In this document: positions 24,530 to 39,600 of the stretch, one piece after another | How positions within the stretch are numbered: position 1 is the first letter of the stretch | Layout: each line of letters starts with the position of its first letter | NCBI GenBank assembly: GCA_965112735.1 | Contig: OZ218965.1 | Coordinates: 1,922,001 to 1,986,000 of the forward strand | From: Phaeosaccion multiseriatum | Lineage: Eukaryota > Protista > Ochrophyta, other classes | Length of the DNA stretch: 64,000 nt | Reading direction: 5' to 3' | Position numbers and translations under genes: made by a program | The notes under the pieces: model-generated | Told to the model about the DNA's origin: nothing | What the model saw: the letters and a program-made list of their open reading frames with translations, nothing else | Database searches by the model: none

Positions 24530-25407
24530 TGTCGATGCCTCTCGAAGGGCTCTTGATAGTTGCCCGAGGCCTTCCACCGTAGCGAGACCGTCGCCAGACA
24601 AACCACACAGATCCAGTGTAGTAACCAGGGGCGTGGAACTGAAACTGGCTTGGGCTTGGGGTTCCGAGGCCACGTGTCCACTCAGTACCTGCCACACCAC
24701 CGAGCTCAGGCGCACAAAGGGTAAGGGCACATGCATACGCAGCGCCACCCCGAGGAGCTGCCCCAGCGTGTAGTACAAAGATACGCGGGTAGGGTCGAAC
24801 TCGAGGAAGCGCTGCTGCTGCTGCTGCTGTTGCTGTCGTATCACCAACTGCTGCTGTTGCTGATGACGCTCCTGCGGATGGACGCCTGTCGCGGTGGCGG
24901 GAGTCATGAGGCAGAAAGCAGTGTTGATAGTATAGTACTCCCCCTCCTCCTCCCCCTCCCTTTGACCTCCACCTACACCACAGCCCTTTACCCCCAACGG
25001 CTGCACCAGCGACGGCTGCTGATCTCTGTGAAGAGGGCGGCCGGAGGCGGCGGAGGACAAGGAGGACAGAGCGGACCGCGCCAGCGCCACCCCGGGGAGG
25101 GAAGAAGATGCCCCCCCGGGGAGGCCAGCGCCGCCATCGGACCCACTGCGCAGAGAGCTTGGAGAGAGCAACGGCAGCGGGGCTCTGCGTGAGGTTCGAA
25201 GGGAGGGGGATGGGGGGTCCTGGCCTGGCGACGACGAAGTGATCTCCGTCCAGATCACCTGCATCAGCGCCTGATGGAGTGGTGTTGGATTGAGGAGCAG
25301 AGGAAGGGGTCGTAGGCAGAGTGCGAAAGATGGGTGGAGGGGTGGAGGGCAAAGTGGGGGGGTGGGGTAGAGTTTGCTTAGCCTCAGGAAGAAGGAAGAA
25401 CAAGTAA

Positions 25408-25467
<60 letters not shown>

Positions 25468-28025
25468 AAGCAGTAGTAGTAGTAGTAGTAGAAGCAGTAG
25501 CCGTAGTAGCAGCAGAAGAACAAGCACGCCACACTACACCACACCCAGCCCTTCCCATCCTCGCTTCCAAACACACACCTCAAAGGCGCCCCTGTTGCTG
25601 CTGCTGCGGCCACTGCAGCCCTCCCCATCCTCGGTCACTCCCTCCCCTTCCTCCCCTGCCTCCCCTTCCTCTCCTGCCTTGCCCGTGTCGGGAAGAGTCA
25701 CTGTCAGCACCAAGCTCTCCGCTGCTGCTTTGTCCGGAGGCGGTGGGTCAGAGGGTCCCCCGGGGAAGCCCCCCCCGGGGGAGGCCCTGCGCAGGAAGAG
25801 TGACCCTGCTCCCTGCAGCTGACGAGTCACTTGCTCCAGCGCGCTCTCTCTCTCTTCCTCTCCTTCGTGATGGTTCCGACACCCGGCGCTTGCTGGTGCT
25901 CCGTGCCGCTGCTGCTGCTGCTGCTGCCAGCCTTGCGTGCCGCCGCCCGGCAAGCCGATGAACACTCGAAGCGTCGTTGTCGGGACACCTCCTCCTCCTC
26001 CTCCTCCTCCTCCTCCTCCTCCTCCTCCTCCTCCTCCTCCTCCTCCTCCTCCTCCTCCTCCTCCTCCTCCTCCTCCTCCTCCTCCTTCTCCTGCTGCCCC
26101 CCCTATTGCTCCCTCTGCGTCTCCTCCTCCTCCTCCTTCCCCTCCTCCTCGTCTGAGTGCCGCAGGATAAGGTTGGCTGCTGCCATGTGCTGCTGCATCA
26201 CCAACTGCTGCCGCATTGCCAACTGCTGTCGTATCACCAACTGCTACTGCTGGGAGGAGAGGGAGGGAGGTGTGGCGCAGGAGTCGATGCAGCAGCGCTT
26301 GCTTGGCCGAGGGGAAGAGCAAGTGACTGTGCCCCAGCACAGCCCTGCCCGCAGGCGTGCTCGCACCCGTCCCTTCCTCCCCTGTGGACAGGTCCACGAG
26401 CGGTAGAGCGGGCAGCAAACAGTCGTTGAGGTGCAGCAGCAGCGCACAACGAGCCACCAACTCCGCGGCGCTTACCATCCCCACTTCCACCCCTCCGCCG
26501 CTCCCTCCACTCACTGCACTCGCTCTACTGCCCCTTGGCCTTGTCCTCGTACTCCTCCTCAAGGCCCATGCTTTCACATCCTCAAAGGGCAGGTTCAGTT
26601 CTGCGCCTTCCTCCCCCTCTCCCTCCCCTTGCCCCTGCTGCAAACCTCCTCCTCCTCCTCCTCCTCCTCCTCCCCCTCCTGCGGCCAGTCTTCCAAGCTG
26701 CTCCGCTAAAGCCGCGTCCATTGCCGGGGTCCACTTGGCGAATGATGCTTCCATTAAAGACAGCGGCAGCAGCTCGAACACCTCTTCACTACCACCCTCA
26801 CTGCCTCTGCTGCTGACCCCTCCTCTATTGCTGTCCCTACAACTGCCGTCCTCGCCACCCCGCTGAGTCTCTGCCTCACTCTCGTCGCGAGGCTCGGAAA
26901 AGACCCCCGTCTTCCTCCTCCCAACGACCCCCCGGGATCCCCCTCGGGATCCCCCCCGGGAGCCCCCCATACCCTGGCCTTGCTGCTGCTGCTCCTGCTG
27001 CAGAGTTTTGTTGACAGGGGTGACGCGAACCTCCAGAGGGCCGCTCAGAAGCTCCGACACCTCCGCTCGCGTCCAGCACAGGGCCCTTCTCTGCAGGCCC
27101 ACGCACGCGCCCACGCCCACGCCCGCGCCCACACGCCGAGCACTCGTACTGGACGGCCCTCCTGTCTTTATCTTGTTCCTCTTCGCCTTCTTCTCGCCGC
27201 CTTCGGAGCGACTGCCAGCCCCTCTAGGGAAAACATCACCCCCCGGGGCATGTGTGGAGCCCCCCCCCGAAACAGTCGTAACCGCCTGATCCGTCGCCGA
27301 AGTGACCGCCGCGTGGAGGGCCTCCGCCTCCGCCTCCAGCAATGCCCCACCCTCTACCAATGTCGAGGACCTCGACACTGATGTCGACACCAATGTCGAC
27401 CTCACTTCGCCCCTCCTGTCGACCCTTGCTAGGAGCGCCGCCGCCGCGTCAGTGGCATTAGCACTGACCTGGAGCAAGTCTGCTGTGCTCACCGCTGCAG
27501 CAGTTGGTGATACAGTCTCCACGGACGCTCCCGCACCTGCACGACGCCTCACCCTCCCACCTTCGACACCTTCGACACCTTCGACACCCCCTCCCCCTTG
27601 CTCCTCCTCCCCTTCCCCCTCCTCCTTCCTCTCCCCCTTGCTCCCCCCCTCCTTCCCTTTCCCATCGCCCTCCTCCTCCTTCTCCTCCCTCTCCTCCCTC
27701 TCCTCCCCCTCCTCCCCCTCCCCTTCCCCCTCCACCTCCCCCTCGTCGATGTAGTACCAGAGACAGTGCCGGGCCACCCCTAGCACGGTGATGACTCCAC
27801 CCGCGCCTCCCCCCGCCCCCATCTGACTCCCCTTTACTCCCGCCCCTACTCCCACCCCGGCCACCTCGTCCCCGGCCCCTAGGCCGAAGGGTCGGCACGC
27901 CTCTTCAGATGTGTCCACGTGAAGTGCCATCCCGCCATGAGTAACGATGCGAAGATACTTGCCAGAGGCCCAGCGCTGCATGCGGTGCCACACTTGCCGC
28001 AGGAGCCGCGGCGGCTGTACCACCA

Positions 28026-28086
<61 letters not shown>

Positions 28087-30638
28087 TTGTTGCTCGCCTT
28101 CGCCGCCTTTGCCCTCGCTCGATGGAGCAGTGGAGGAAGCCCCTGCCCTTGCCCCTGCCCCTGTCGCACGCAATTCGTCGAGGGCTCTGAGCGCATGCAG
28201 CCCCTTGGCAAGACTCCGTACCGCGCACTCCGCCGTAAACGTGCCACTCAGACTACTCCAGCAAGGGGAGGGTGAAGACGATGAGGTGTTTCTGCCGCCG
28301 CTGACTCGACCCGCCCCCCCCCTTCGCTTCCCTCCTCCTCCTCCTCCTCCTCCCCCTCCGATACTGTCTGGCGGCAGCAAAGTAAGCTGGTCGTTGATGT
28401 TGTAGAGCGAAACGGCCGGGAAGAGCTCCCCCTGTCCCCTCAGCCCCTGCACCGCAACGCCGAGGTCCCTTCCGTTACGCGTGAACCAAAGGGACCCAAC
28501 GTCCATGTCCAGGTGCACTCCGATGGTATCGCCCTGCCGGATCAGTTCCCCGTAGCATTTCATCTGCAGGCATACGGTACAGTTTGGTGGGTTGCGTTAG
28601 GATGTATCTGGAGGCATACGGCAATTTTTAATATAATATATACTTAGTATTAATATGAATGAATAAAATATATAATACTTCGAAGTATATCATTTTAGGT
28701 AGTTGCGTTAGGATGCATCAGGAGGCATACGGAACTAGGCAGTTGCGTGCGTTAGCATATGGGGGAAAGGGGGGGGGCTCTCCGCGGCACATGTCAGCAT
28801 GAGGCATATAGGCACATTTAGGGCCACACGGGGAGTTAGGGAGGGACATCTGGAGGCATGCGGCTGAGTAGTTAAGGGACATGTGGAGCTCCGTATGCGG
28901 TACGGTAGGAGGGAGAGGGAGGGTAGACACAGCCCACCCGACCCGCTGGCACGCATCGATGTATAGTAGATGCGTTCGATATTTGACATCGAAGCATCAA
29001 AACAAACTGAAACTGAAACTGAAACTGAAACGGAAACGGACCTTTCCCTTGTTGTGCCAAATGGCCTTGTTGGCCAGGTATCCCCAACTCTTGCGGTCGC
29101 TGCCGATGTAATTGTCAAGCCCTGAGCCTTCGGTCATGACGCCTACAAAGATGTTCTTGCTTACACACCTGTGCCACAGAAGAGGGGGGGTGAGAGGGAG
29201 AGAGGGGTGGGACGTTTGAGCGAGCAGGAGAGGGAGGGAGAGGATGGGAGAAGAGGAGGGGAGGGAGAAAGAGGAACGGAGAGACGAAGGGGCGAAAGCA
29301 GCCTCGAGGGCCTCCCCTCAGAAGCCTTGGACCACCAACATGTTAATTTTAACAGGCCGGCACTCGCTTACGCAAACTTCCGCGGACTCACACATACGCA
29401 CCTATCGACGTGAACTTCCCAACTATGCACACCGGAGGAGAAGGCAACCGTCGCTCGCACGGCGTTCCATTTCTTGTTAGCCTGAAAGAGGAGGAGGTGG
29501 GGGGAGGGGTGGGGTGAGGGGATAGTTTGGGGGGGGTGTTTGGGCGGTGGGGGGTCAGGTATCGAGTGGATGGCAAGGCGTATGGGTGAGGAGGGTAGAG
29601 AGAGGAGTCAGAGGAGTCCTGACACCAATCGCTAAGGTCGGTCGAATCCTGACACCAATCGCTAAGGTCGATCGAGTCCTGACACAAATCGCTAAGGTCG
29701 GTCGAGTCCTGACACCAATTGCTAAGGTCGGTCGAGGCCTGTGCCTCTTGTTGCGTTTGATTCTTTCTTCACTTACCACGTTGGTGACGGTGAGGTTTCC
29801 GCCGCTAAGCACGAGGTTGGGCCCGCAGCCATCCTTGTCGAGCAGGAAGGGCCGAGCAGGGGGGGTCACCACACACAGGCTCCGACCCACCGCCCCGACA
29901 GTGGCCAGTGCCAGTGTCATGGCCGCCTCCGTCTCTTTCGCCACCCCGCCTTCGTCTTGAGGGGCTGAGTCTTCACCGGGGTCTCTCCCGTCCTCCCGCT
30001 GGCGTACCACCAACTGCTGCCCGTGCTGCTCCGAGCCCACCGCGAAGGCCTCGCGTACATCGTCCACGTCTTCCTCCTCGTCGTACGGGCTTGCCATGCC
30101 CGCCGCTACTCTTGCCCGAGGCAGCACCTTCGCCCTCCCACCCCCCTCTCCCCCCCTACTCCCATCCGCGGCCAATCCGTCCTCTCCCTGTTCCTGGGCG
30201 TGTTCCCCAAACGGTTCCACTCCATCTTTGTCTTGGCCTTCGTCCCCCTGGGCCGCCTCGCCAACTGAAACTGAAACGGTTACTGGAACGGACGCCGCCC
30301 CTGGTGCCGCTACTGCTGCTGCGGCTGCTGTGGCTGCTGCGGCTGCTGGTGCAGCTGTTGTTGATGTTGTTGATGTTGTTGATGATGTTGCACCCTCTCT
30401 GTCCGCTCTGCCCTCCATGAGGCCGAAGATTAGCGCCTGGCGCTCCTCCTCCTCCCTCCGCAGCACACCTTGTTCCACCCTCCTCCTCCTCCTCCTCCTC
30501 CTCCTCACCCTCCTACCCCTCGTCGCCCTCCCACCCCCGATCCGCTCGTCGCCCTCCTCCTCTTCCTCCTCTTCCTCATCTTCCTCGTCCTCCTCCTCCT
30601 CCTCATCATCATCATCGTCATCCTCCTCCTCCTCCTCC

Positions 30639-30675
<37 letters not shown>

Positions 30676-33583
30676 CCTCCTCCTCCTCCTCCTCATCCTC
30701 CTCCTCCTCCTCCTCCTCGCCCTTCTTCCCGGACTGAACCACAAGTCTGAACCAATACCTGGTGTCAGCATCAAGTCCTGACACCGTATACTCACCATCA
30801 AGAGGCAGCCCCGTAGCCACCGGTCCAAACTCATACCTTCCCCACGGGCCCCAAGAGGCCATCTCAAGCGTCAATCGCACATCCGCTGTGAGTGCCAGTG
30901 TCATGGCTGCCGTCGCCACCGCCGCACACGAGGGCGCTCCCTCCCCACCGCCCACTGACTTAAGACTACCCATATGACTGCTGCTGTTGTCTCCTCCTAC
31001 CCCCTCGGATGAGGGCATCACTCGGCCGCCGTCCCACAACACCACCCCACCATCGCGATCATCAGACGAGGGGAAAACCCAACTCAGCGAGACCGAAGAG
31101 GGCCCCACGTCCTCCAGCACCAGCACCACGGAGCGAAGAAAGTCGCACACAAGCCGCTCCCTGGCCCTGTAGGGGGGGTGCTCATCCAGCGGGCATGGAC
31201 TCGCCAAGACACGTCCGTCGGGCGCGTGGGTAGCGGCGCACAACTCTGTATCTAACTCTATGTCTCTCCCCTCTTCTCCTCGTTCGCCCTGCCCGGAGTA
31301 ATCGCCGGGGGAGCGTGCTTGCACTTGCTCATGCTCTTGCCCTTGTCCTTGCCTTTGCCCCTGTCCTTGGCCAGCACCAGCAGCAGTAGCAGTAGCAGTA
31401 GCAGTAGCAGTAGCTGGTGCAGCAGTTGGTGATCCGACCCCATCCGAAATGGCGTGTGGGTAGTAATCCCACCCCTCCGGCGCCTCAAAGTCCATGAGGT
31501 CCGAGTCAGGCTGTCCCTGCCACCCCCCCAAGAGTAACAGGGGGTCGCCAGGAGTGACTCGAGGCTGAACCACCAACCGGTGTAGCTGTTGCTTCTCCTG
31601 CGCACCACCCACATCCGCCTCCTCACCTTCCCCTCCACAACTGGCACCGGAGCACCAGCTCCTGCTCCTGCTGCTGCTGCTGCTACTGCTGCTACTAAGG
31701 AACTTCTCCTCCGCCGTCCACACCCTCAACGAGAGCCACTCCGCGAGCAAGCATCCCAGTGCCTGCAGATAGGAGCTCAACACTACCCGTCCAAAGCTGC
31801 GCTCGCTAGATAGCCGGGCAGCGAAGGACAGCACCAGAAGCCGCTCCCGGGCGGGGAAGCTGAACTCCGAGGGGCAGCAGGAGGAGGCCCCGGGGGGTAC
31901 TGCGCACCCCGGGGGGGCGTCCCCTCGGGGAGAGGGCGTGCTGAACGTGCTCGTGCCTGGTGATGACGGCTGTTGCTGCTGCTGCTGCTGCTGCCGTATC
32001 GCCAACTGCCGTAGTCGCCGCATGGATGGCAGCATCTGCTGGTGCAGAATGGAAGCGCAGAGCTTGTAAGCAACATGCCTGTGCGACATGTTGGCCCCTC
32101 GGGAAGTGCTCAGCACCGAGAAGAACAGGTCAGGGGAGCGCCATCGGAGGGCCGCCCGACGGATGGCCGTAGCGGGGGAAGAGGTAGAGGCAGAGAATGA
32201 AGAGGCGAGGTCGTCGGACCCCCCCTTCCCTCCGTCCTCGTCCTTGTTCTCTTCAGACGCAGAGGCTTCGTCGGGCCGTCCATCTCCTCCTCGTCCCTCC
32301 CCCCCCTCCTCCTCCTGTTCGTACTCCTTCTCCCCCTCCTCGTCCTCCTCCTCCTCCTCAGCCGCCAGTAGCCTTAGGACGGAGTGCACCAGCCAGTGGG
32401 CGTAGGCCAAGTTGGGGCGGCTATATAGCTCTCGATCGGGCCACGCTGTACCACCAACCGCTGTACCACGTACTGCCAGGAGGCCATTGGACAACCACTG
32501 CACATGTCTGTATTGCCTCTCCCTCGCCCGCTCGAAGTGACCCACTGCCGAGTCGAGCACCACTGAGAGCATGCGGGGGACGGCGCGGAGGATGGCAGTG
32601 GACGAAGACGCCGCCACCATCACTTTGGGGAGAGTAGCAGCGTCGCCTCCTCCTCCTCCTCCTCGTCCTCCTCCTCCTCCTCCTCCTCCTCCTCCCGCCC
32701 TGCCCGATGCCCCCACCATGCTCTTCAACAGCCCCTGCACCGCCTCCAGAGCCCTCCTCGTGGGCAGACAAAGTGCTGCAGACTGCCCCTTTGTACGCGT
32801 CAGAGGCCAAGCGTCCAGACCGCACCTCAGCGTGTCACACGCATGATCCGCCACCGCCACAAATGGCGACGACCCCGAATGATGAGCATCGCCCCTCCCC
32901 GTCCCTGTCCCCGCCCTGGCACTAGACGAAGCTCCCGCCCCTCCTGTCCCTCCCTGACCACCGCCCCTTGCCGCGGAAGAGCAGGAGCCCTCCTCCACCC
33001 CTCCCCCCTCACGAGCACAAGGCCCGGTGACACAGCGACAGCCACTCCCTCTGAAGGTAGAGCTGCTTGCCCCCCCCCACATGGCACTGAGCAGCTGCTC
33101 GTCGAGCGGAGAGCCGAGGTGCACATGTTGGTTCTGTCCCACCAGGATCGTCGCCAGCTGGAGAGTGCGCTCCAGGGACACAGAGTCCAACGCCAGAGTC
33201 GACAGGATGGCACCAGACAGGAGGGGGGGTGCGCTCTTCTCACTCGTGTCGCTCGTGTCGCTTTTGTTAATTCCTCCTCCTCCTCCTCCTCCTCCTGTAT
33301 TACCAACTGCCGCCCATCTCGACAGGGCAGGATGGGGCAGGAAGGGCACCATGTCCGTCGTTACCGCTCCTCCTCGAAGAGAGGAAGAACCCCCGTCACA
33401 GGCGGGCGACGGCCCCTCTACCCCCCCCTGCTGCAAGACGTTGAGTACGGCAGCCCTGGCAAAGAGTACCGCGAGGGCCGTGTCGAGCAGCAAGGACAGG
33501 GCAGGAAGCTCAGAGGGGTGAGCCCGCTCCACCAGGCGGAGAACGCTCGAGCTCCCTTGCCCCTGCTGCTGTATTCCCAACTG

Positions 33584-33627
<44 letters not shown>

Positions 33628-36600
33628 GCTGCCCTCGAGGATGCTGCTGCCCCCCCCGCTCGGTCGTCCCTCGGTCCTGACCCTCCCATCCGCTGCCATC
33701 CCCTCCCCCGCCGTCAGCAAAGTACACTTCTCCGTACGCCTCCTCCCCCCAATTGGGGTCCTCCTGCTCGCCGGACCCAAGCACGCCAACCTCTCCCTCC
33801 CCCCCTCGCAGGGCCCCTTGACCGGCTTCGGATACTCCTGCTCCTCCTCGTCCTCCTCGTCCTCCTCCACCTGCTCCTTCTGCACCTCCTCCTCCTGCTC
33901 CTCCTCCTCCTCCTCCACCACCACCACCACCGCCACCACCTCCTCCTCCTCCTCCTCCTCCTCCACCGGCTCTCGAGTCTCCACCGCCAGTTGTGACTGC
34001 GTACCCAGAGTAGTGACCTCCTTCCCCGTCCCCCTCCTCGTCACCATCGTCAGAGTAACCCCTCACTAGCAGCCTTCTCCTCGCCATGAGTCGTTGGCGG
34101 CTGCCCCCTCCTCCTCCTCCTCCTCCTCCTCCTCCTCCTCCTCCTCCTCCTCCTCCTCCTCCTCCTCCTCCTCCTCCTCCTCCTCCTCCTCCTCCTCCTC
34201 CTCCTACTCCTCCTCTCTCTCCTTCCCCCTCGCCCTCGCCCCCCCCCTCCTCCTCCCTCCCTTCCTCCCTCCCGCTCAGCAGTTGAGATTGGTGAGCCTC
34301 GCGAGCAGATTGATGCTCTCCCCCTCCGCCCATGTCCATGCCCTCCACCTCTGCCTCCATCTTCGCATTCTCCACCTCCATCCTCTCTATGATCCAGGCA
34401 ATAGCATTGCTCTCATTGAGACTCTCGTCCGTATGCTCTGCCGCACGTATGGCCCACTCTACAGGGAAGCCCATCCCGATCAGGTTCTCCACAAGCCCCT
34501 GCCTACGAAGCTCCATCTCAGCCCCGAGCTCTTCCTCCGCTGACATGGACATGGACATGTTGGTCATACCCCCTCCAATCATGTCGCCATTTGAGCGTAC
34601 GCCTCCTCCACCATGCCCCCCGTCGCCCCCCCTGCTGCCCCCGTGTCCCCCTCTGTCCTCCACTCCGTCCCCCCGCTCATAGCCCCCCCCTTCCCCCCCG
34701 GTTCCTTCGTCGTCGCGTCCCCTGCTACCGCCGCCGCCGCGATATCCGTCCTGTGTGTGGTGAGGAGTGACAGTTTCAGGCACAGTTTCAGTTACATTTC
34801 AGTTTCAGGTGTTGGCTCGAATACCGATCCCATCGAAATCAGCACGCTCGAGAGGGGCGAAAGGGCCACCCCGTCACGGCTATGAGTGCGCTGCACGTGT
34901 CTCGGGCTCTCATATGCACTCGCTCACTCCCTCACTCACTCACTCACTCACTCACTCACTCAACTCACTCACTCACACAACTCACTCACTCACTCCCTTA
35001 CTCCTTCAATCACCCACCCACCCACTCTCTCCCTCACTCACACACTCACTCACTCAATCACTCACTCCCTCACTCACTCACTCACTCACTCACACACTCA
35101 CTCACTCACTCCCTCACTCCCTCACTCCCTCAATCCTTGACTCCCTCACTCACATACTCACTTACTCACTCGTTCACGCACTCCCTCCCTCACTCACTCC
35201 CTCCCTCTCCCAGTCAATCACTCACTCACTGACTCCCCCACTCACTCACTTCGTCACTCACTCCCTTACTCACTCACCCTCCCACTCACTCGCTCACTCT
35301 CTCACTCCCTCACTCCCTCACTCCCTCACTCCCTCACTCACTCACCCTCCAACTCACTCACTCACTCACTCACTCACTCTCTCACCCACTCACCCACTCA
35401 ACTCACTTACTTACTCACTCCATCACTCCGTCACTCACCGACTGCCCTCACTCACTCACTCACTCACACACTCACCCCCTCACAAACTCCTCCCTCCATT
35501 CACCCACACCTTCTTGATCTACACCCTTATCCACCTCCCCCCCGACCCATCCATCCATCCATCCATCCCCGCATCTCTCACCATTGCCTCGCGCAGCCCA
35601 TGATGGACAGGATAGCCTCCGAAGCCTCGCATCAGGCCTGCCCCCCTGCCTGCTTCACAGATGGCGCGGAAGGGCTGGCCATCCCCCGGGGGATGCACGA
35701 AGGGGGAGTGGCCGAAGTTGAACCGCGCCGCCTGGACAGGGAAAGGCAGTGAGTGGCGGGGTCAGAGGAAGGCAGTGGATGGGTCAGAGGGGAGTGCAGG
35801 GGATGGGTCAGAGGAAGGAAGTGGGTGGGTGATAGGAAGGAAGTGGATGGGTCAGAGGAAGGCAGTGGGTGGGTGATAGGAAGGAAGTGGATGGGTGATA
35901 GGAAGGCAGTGGATGGGTGATAGAAAGGCAGATGCGAAGGCCGGTCCCGTAGCCCCTTCGGGAATACCTCCCTCCCTCCCTCCCTCCCTCCCCCACGTCC
36001 CTCTCCCGCTTCCTCACCTGCCCAACGTTCATACTGGCCGCTGGGCAAAGCCCCTCTGCATTGAAGCCCACGAAGGCCACGCCTTGATCTTCCCCATTGA
36101 GAAAGAAGGTCATCTCCAGCAGTTCCAAGTCCAGCAGCACACCCACGACATCGCCCGTGCGCCATCGGCCCCCATAGGGCGCGGAGTTCATGCACCACTT
36201 CTTCTGCCTCAGGCCATCATATGCCCAAGAGTGGCCGTGATCGCCCACCCCCTGCCCCTTGACAGAGTGGCACTGGAAGAAAGGGTCCACCCAGCCGATC
36301 TGCATGAGGCCGTCTGCGAGAAGCAGCACTTCGTAAAACCATCTCGATCCTACCAGTCCACCACCACCACCTCCTCCACCACCACCTCCTGCTCCTCCTC
36401 CTAGCCCGACCCCAGCGGTGAGGACGCCCCCCACCCCCGCGAGCTTGACGGTGGGGAAGTGCGACAGCGCCTCAACCCGGTAACCCTCCACAAGTACCTC
36501 ACCTCCGAGCACCACCAGAGGTAGCCGCGGCCGGCAGCGCAGCCTCAAGGCGCCTCGGCTTCTTCTCGTGGTGTTGCTGTGGCTGCGGCCCGCTCCGCAA

Positions 36601-39600
36601 CCCATTTGATCCCCGTGGCGGCCGTCGCCCTCCCCCTCATCCTCTCCTTCGTCATCTCCCTCATCCTCTCCCTGTCCCTCTCCCTCTCCCTCTCCCAGCC
36701 ACCAAGCACACCGCAGGGCATCTTCAGGGTCCGCCGAAGCAAGTCTGTGTGCCAGCAGCACAGCGGCCTGCTGCAACGTCTCCATCTCTCTGTAGCTACC
36801 CGCACTCACCCCCTGTGCCAGTAGAGAGGCGAGCCCAGCCACAGAGGGCATATGCAAGAAGGCAGCAGACACCGCCTCCACCTGTTGGTCATTCAGAGCA
36901 CCACAACCACCATCTGTGAGACTGAGGCTGGTGCTGCCGTCGCCATGTGTGAGGTGGCTGGGGTGGTTGGGTCCCCCCCCCAAGTTCCCCCCCCCCAAGC
37001 TGAGTAAGGGGATGGTGGCCAGGTCCGTGGTAGCAAGCTTGAGCAGAGGGGGCAGGAGCTTGCTCTTGACGGTAAGGAGGGAGAAGGCCGCCCCTCTGCT
37101 GCCGTCGTGGCACTGCACCGCTATGGCTCGCACCAGGCGGCAGCGCATGTGTGCTCGTGCCAGACTCCAATCAAAGGCGGACATGCCGGCGGGAGGAGGA
37201 GGAGGAGGGGGAGGAGGAGGAGGAGGAGGAGGAGAAGGAGAAGGAGAAGGGGGGTGGGCACCAGAGGAGCGGAGCGGCACCATCGGACTCACGGTCCCCA
37301 CGTCTGCTTTAAGCGCTCCCATCGCCGTCCCGAGTGGTCCGCCATTCTTCTCCTCCGCTTGCTCTCCCTCCTTCTTCTCATCCTCGTCGTCTTCCTCGTC
37401 CTCCCTCCTCTTTCCCTTCCCCTCCTTCTTCGCCGAGGAGCAGGCGGAAGAGGAGACGGTCAGGCATGGCACGTCGTCCAGTAGAGCCAGCACAGCAGGC
37501 ACGGCCTCCACAGAAAGCAAGTAGTTGGCAGCCGTCGTAGCACCAACGGCCGTAGCACCAATTGCTGTGTGTGCCTCTTGTTCTGTGAGATACATGGTGT
37601 CAGCCTCGCACACTCTCACGACAAGACCCCGACCCACTCGAGACACGCAGCTGCAGTCAAAACCAGTGGCTGGGCGAGAGGATTGGGACTCCAAAGGCTG
37701 CTGCCAACTGTGACTCTCCCGAATGCAGTGTTCGAACTCCGGGTCCACAGCGACGAGGAGCTGGGCCGTTTCGCAGCTCCACCCCATCCGACAGTGCCCG
37801 TGGGCCCCTCCCTCTCCTCCTCCTGCTGCCCCTCCTCCTCCCCTGCCACCTCCCCTGTTGGCCTCTGTGGCACCCCTCCTCTGACCACTTAGGGACAAAG
37901 ACGTCGAGGTGGAGGACGAGGAGGACGAGCAGTAGCGATTGGTCATACAGCCGCAGCTGTACCCCGACCCCCCGGGGACCTCACCCACGACAGTTCCGTA
38001 ACAGGCGAGACGCACAGCCTTGCTGCCTCTCCTGCCCCCGCCCATATGACTGCCCCTGGCGCCATCTGTGACTGTTGCAGGAGGCAGCAGCAGCACGCGA
38101 GCACCTAGGCGGGGGCCTTCAATGTGGCCACCTGCCACGTGAATCGCCGCAAGCGCAGTCCTCCACGCCCATAAGGGTTGGCCCTCTGCCCGTTCAGAGA
38201 CGGTATCACCAGCGGCTGTACTAGTAGCTGTATCATCAACTGCTGTAGTAGTAGCTGTATCACCAACTGCTGTAGTGGTAGCTGTATCACCAACTGCTCG
38301 CGTAACTGCTGCTGTGGTTGGCGTCCCATCCGACGGCGGGTGGGGCCCTCCCGGGGGTGTGAGCAAGGGCACCAAACCAGACAGAGCCGAGGCAAAGTCC
38401 TTCGCCAGTAGCGAATTTGAGTTTGAGCCTCCAGTGGGCCATTGACTGCCATCCCCATCCCCCTCTCGGTTCAGGATGTTCCTCAGCAGCTGCACAGCCT
38501 CTGATGCGAGGGAGAAGGAACAGAAGGACGTGGGTGTGTGCGGGACCGTCGCAGCACTAGCACTCACACTGGACCTTGCACTGGGGCCGGAGTAGACAGC
38601 TTTGGCCACGAGTGAGCAGAGCCGGTCTGGCAGGAGCTTCAGGGTCGGACCACCAACTGCTGCTTTTACTGCTACTGCTGCTGCTGATGATGATGATGAT
38701 GTTGATGATGATGATGATTTCCTGCGTTCTTCCCCCTCTGCTGTCGCTTTCGTGTTGCCAAGCCCCACCTTCACCCCGCCCTTCGACCATGCCCTTGACC
38801 CATGCAATGCCATTGCCCCGCCTCCTCCTCCTGCTGCCGCTGCTGTATCACCAACTGTTCCTTCAGATCGCTGCTGGTGCTGGCGTTTCCCCACGCCCAC
38901 CACACAGCGGAGCACTCTGAGCAGGGGCAAAGTGTGCGATTGTTGCATGCCACCCCCACCTTGGCCACAACTCAGTAAGTCGAGCCATAGTTGCAGCCAC
39001 TCAGGACTGCCCAGTGAGAGAGAGACATGGGTGGAGCTGCTCGCTCCGACTGAGGCGGAGGGAGGGAGGGAGGGAGGGAGGGAGGGGGTACTTCAGACAC
39101 CGCGAAAGCCAAAGCCAGCACAGATCATGTACAATGCCTTCCCTCTTTTGCTAAGCTTTGCTTTTCCAGTCGGCTGGTGCGCTTCACTAGCTTACTGCAC
39201 TCACTTCACAAGCTTACTGCACTACAACACAACTCACCGTAGGCCAGCGAGACAAGGCGCTGACAGTACGTGTCTGCGGCTCTCTGATGGCGTTCCGTCA
39301 GAGATGGCACCGGACGGCAGCTCATACGGCTCGCCCCCCCTCCTCCTCCTCCTCCTCCCCTCCGGCCCGTGGACAAGCGCCTGACCATCTTGGCAGACAA
39401 GTGCCGAGGATGCCACTGCACATCACACACGAGTGGCCCCTGCTCCTCCGTCCCGGCCACCGCCAGCGCCAGACTCGGTCTCTCCTCCCCCCCCACAACA
39501 AGCTCGCTGAAGGCATGCAGGGGTACGGTGGAGCGAGACAGAGGCACCCCCCCGCCTTCTTTTCTGTAACGGTCGCGTCCGGAGTGTTCGTCTCTCCCCC

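Noticed and set aside
24477-25628. Poly-Tyr/poly-Thr/poly-Val ORFs
   Set aside because: These are translations of an intronic (TAG)n microsatellite.
29614-29736. 30-bp repeats resembling a CRISPR array
   Set aside because: Head-to-tail with no unique spacers, inside a spliceosomal intron, and no cas genes.
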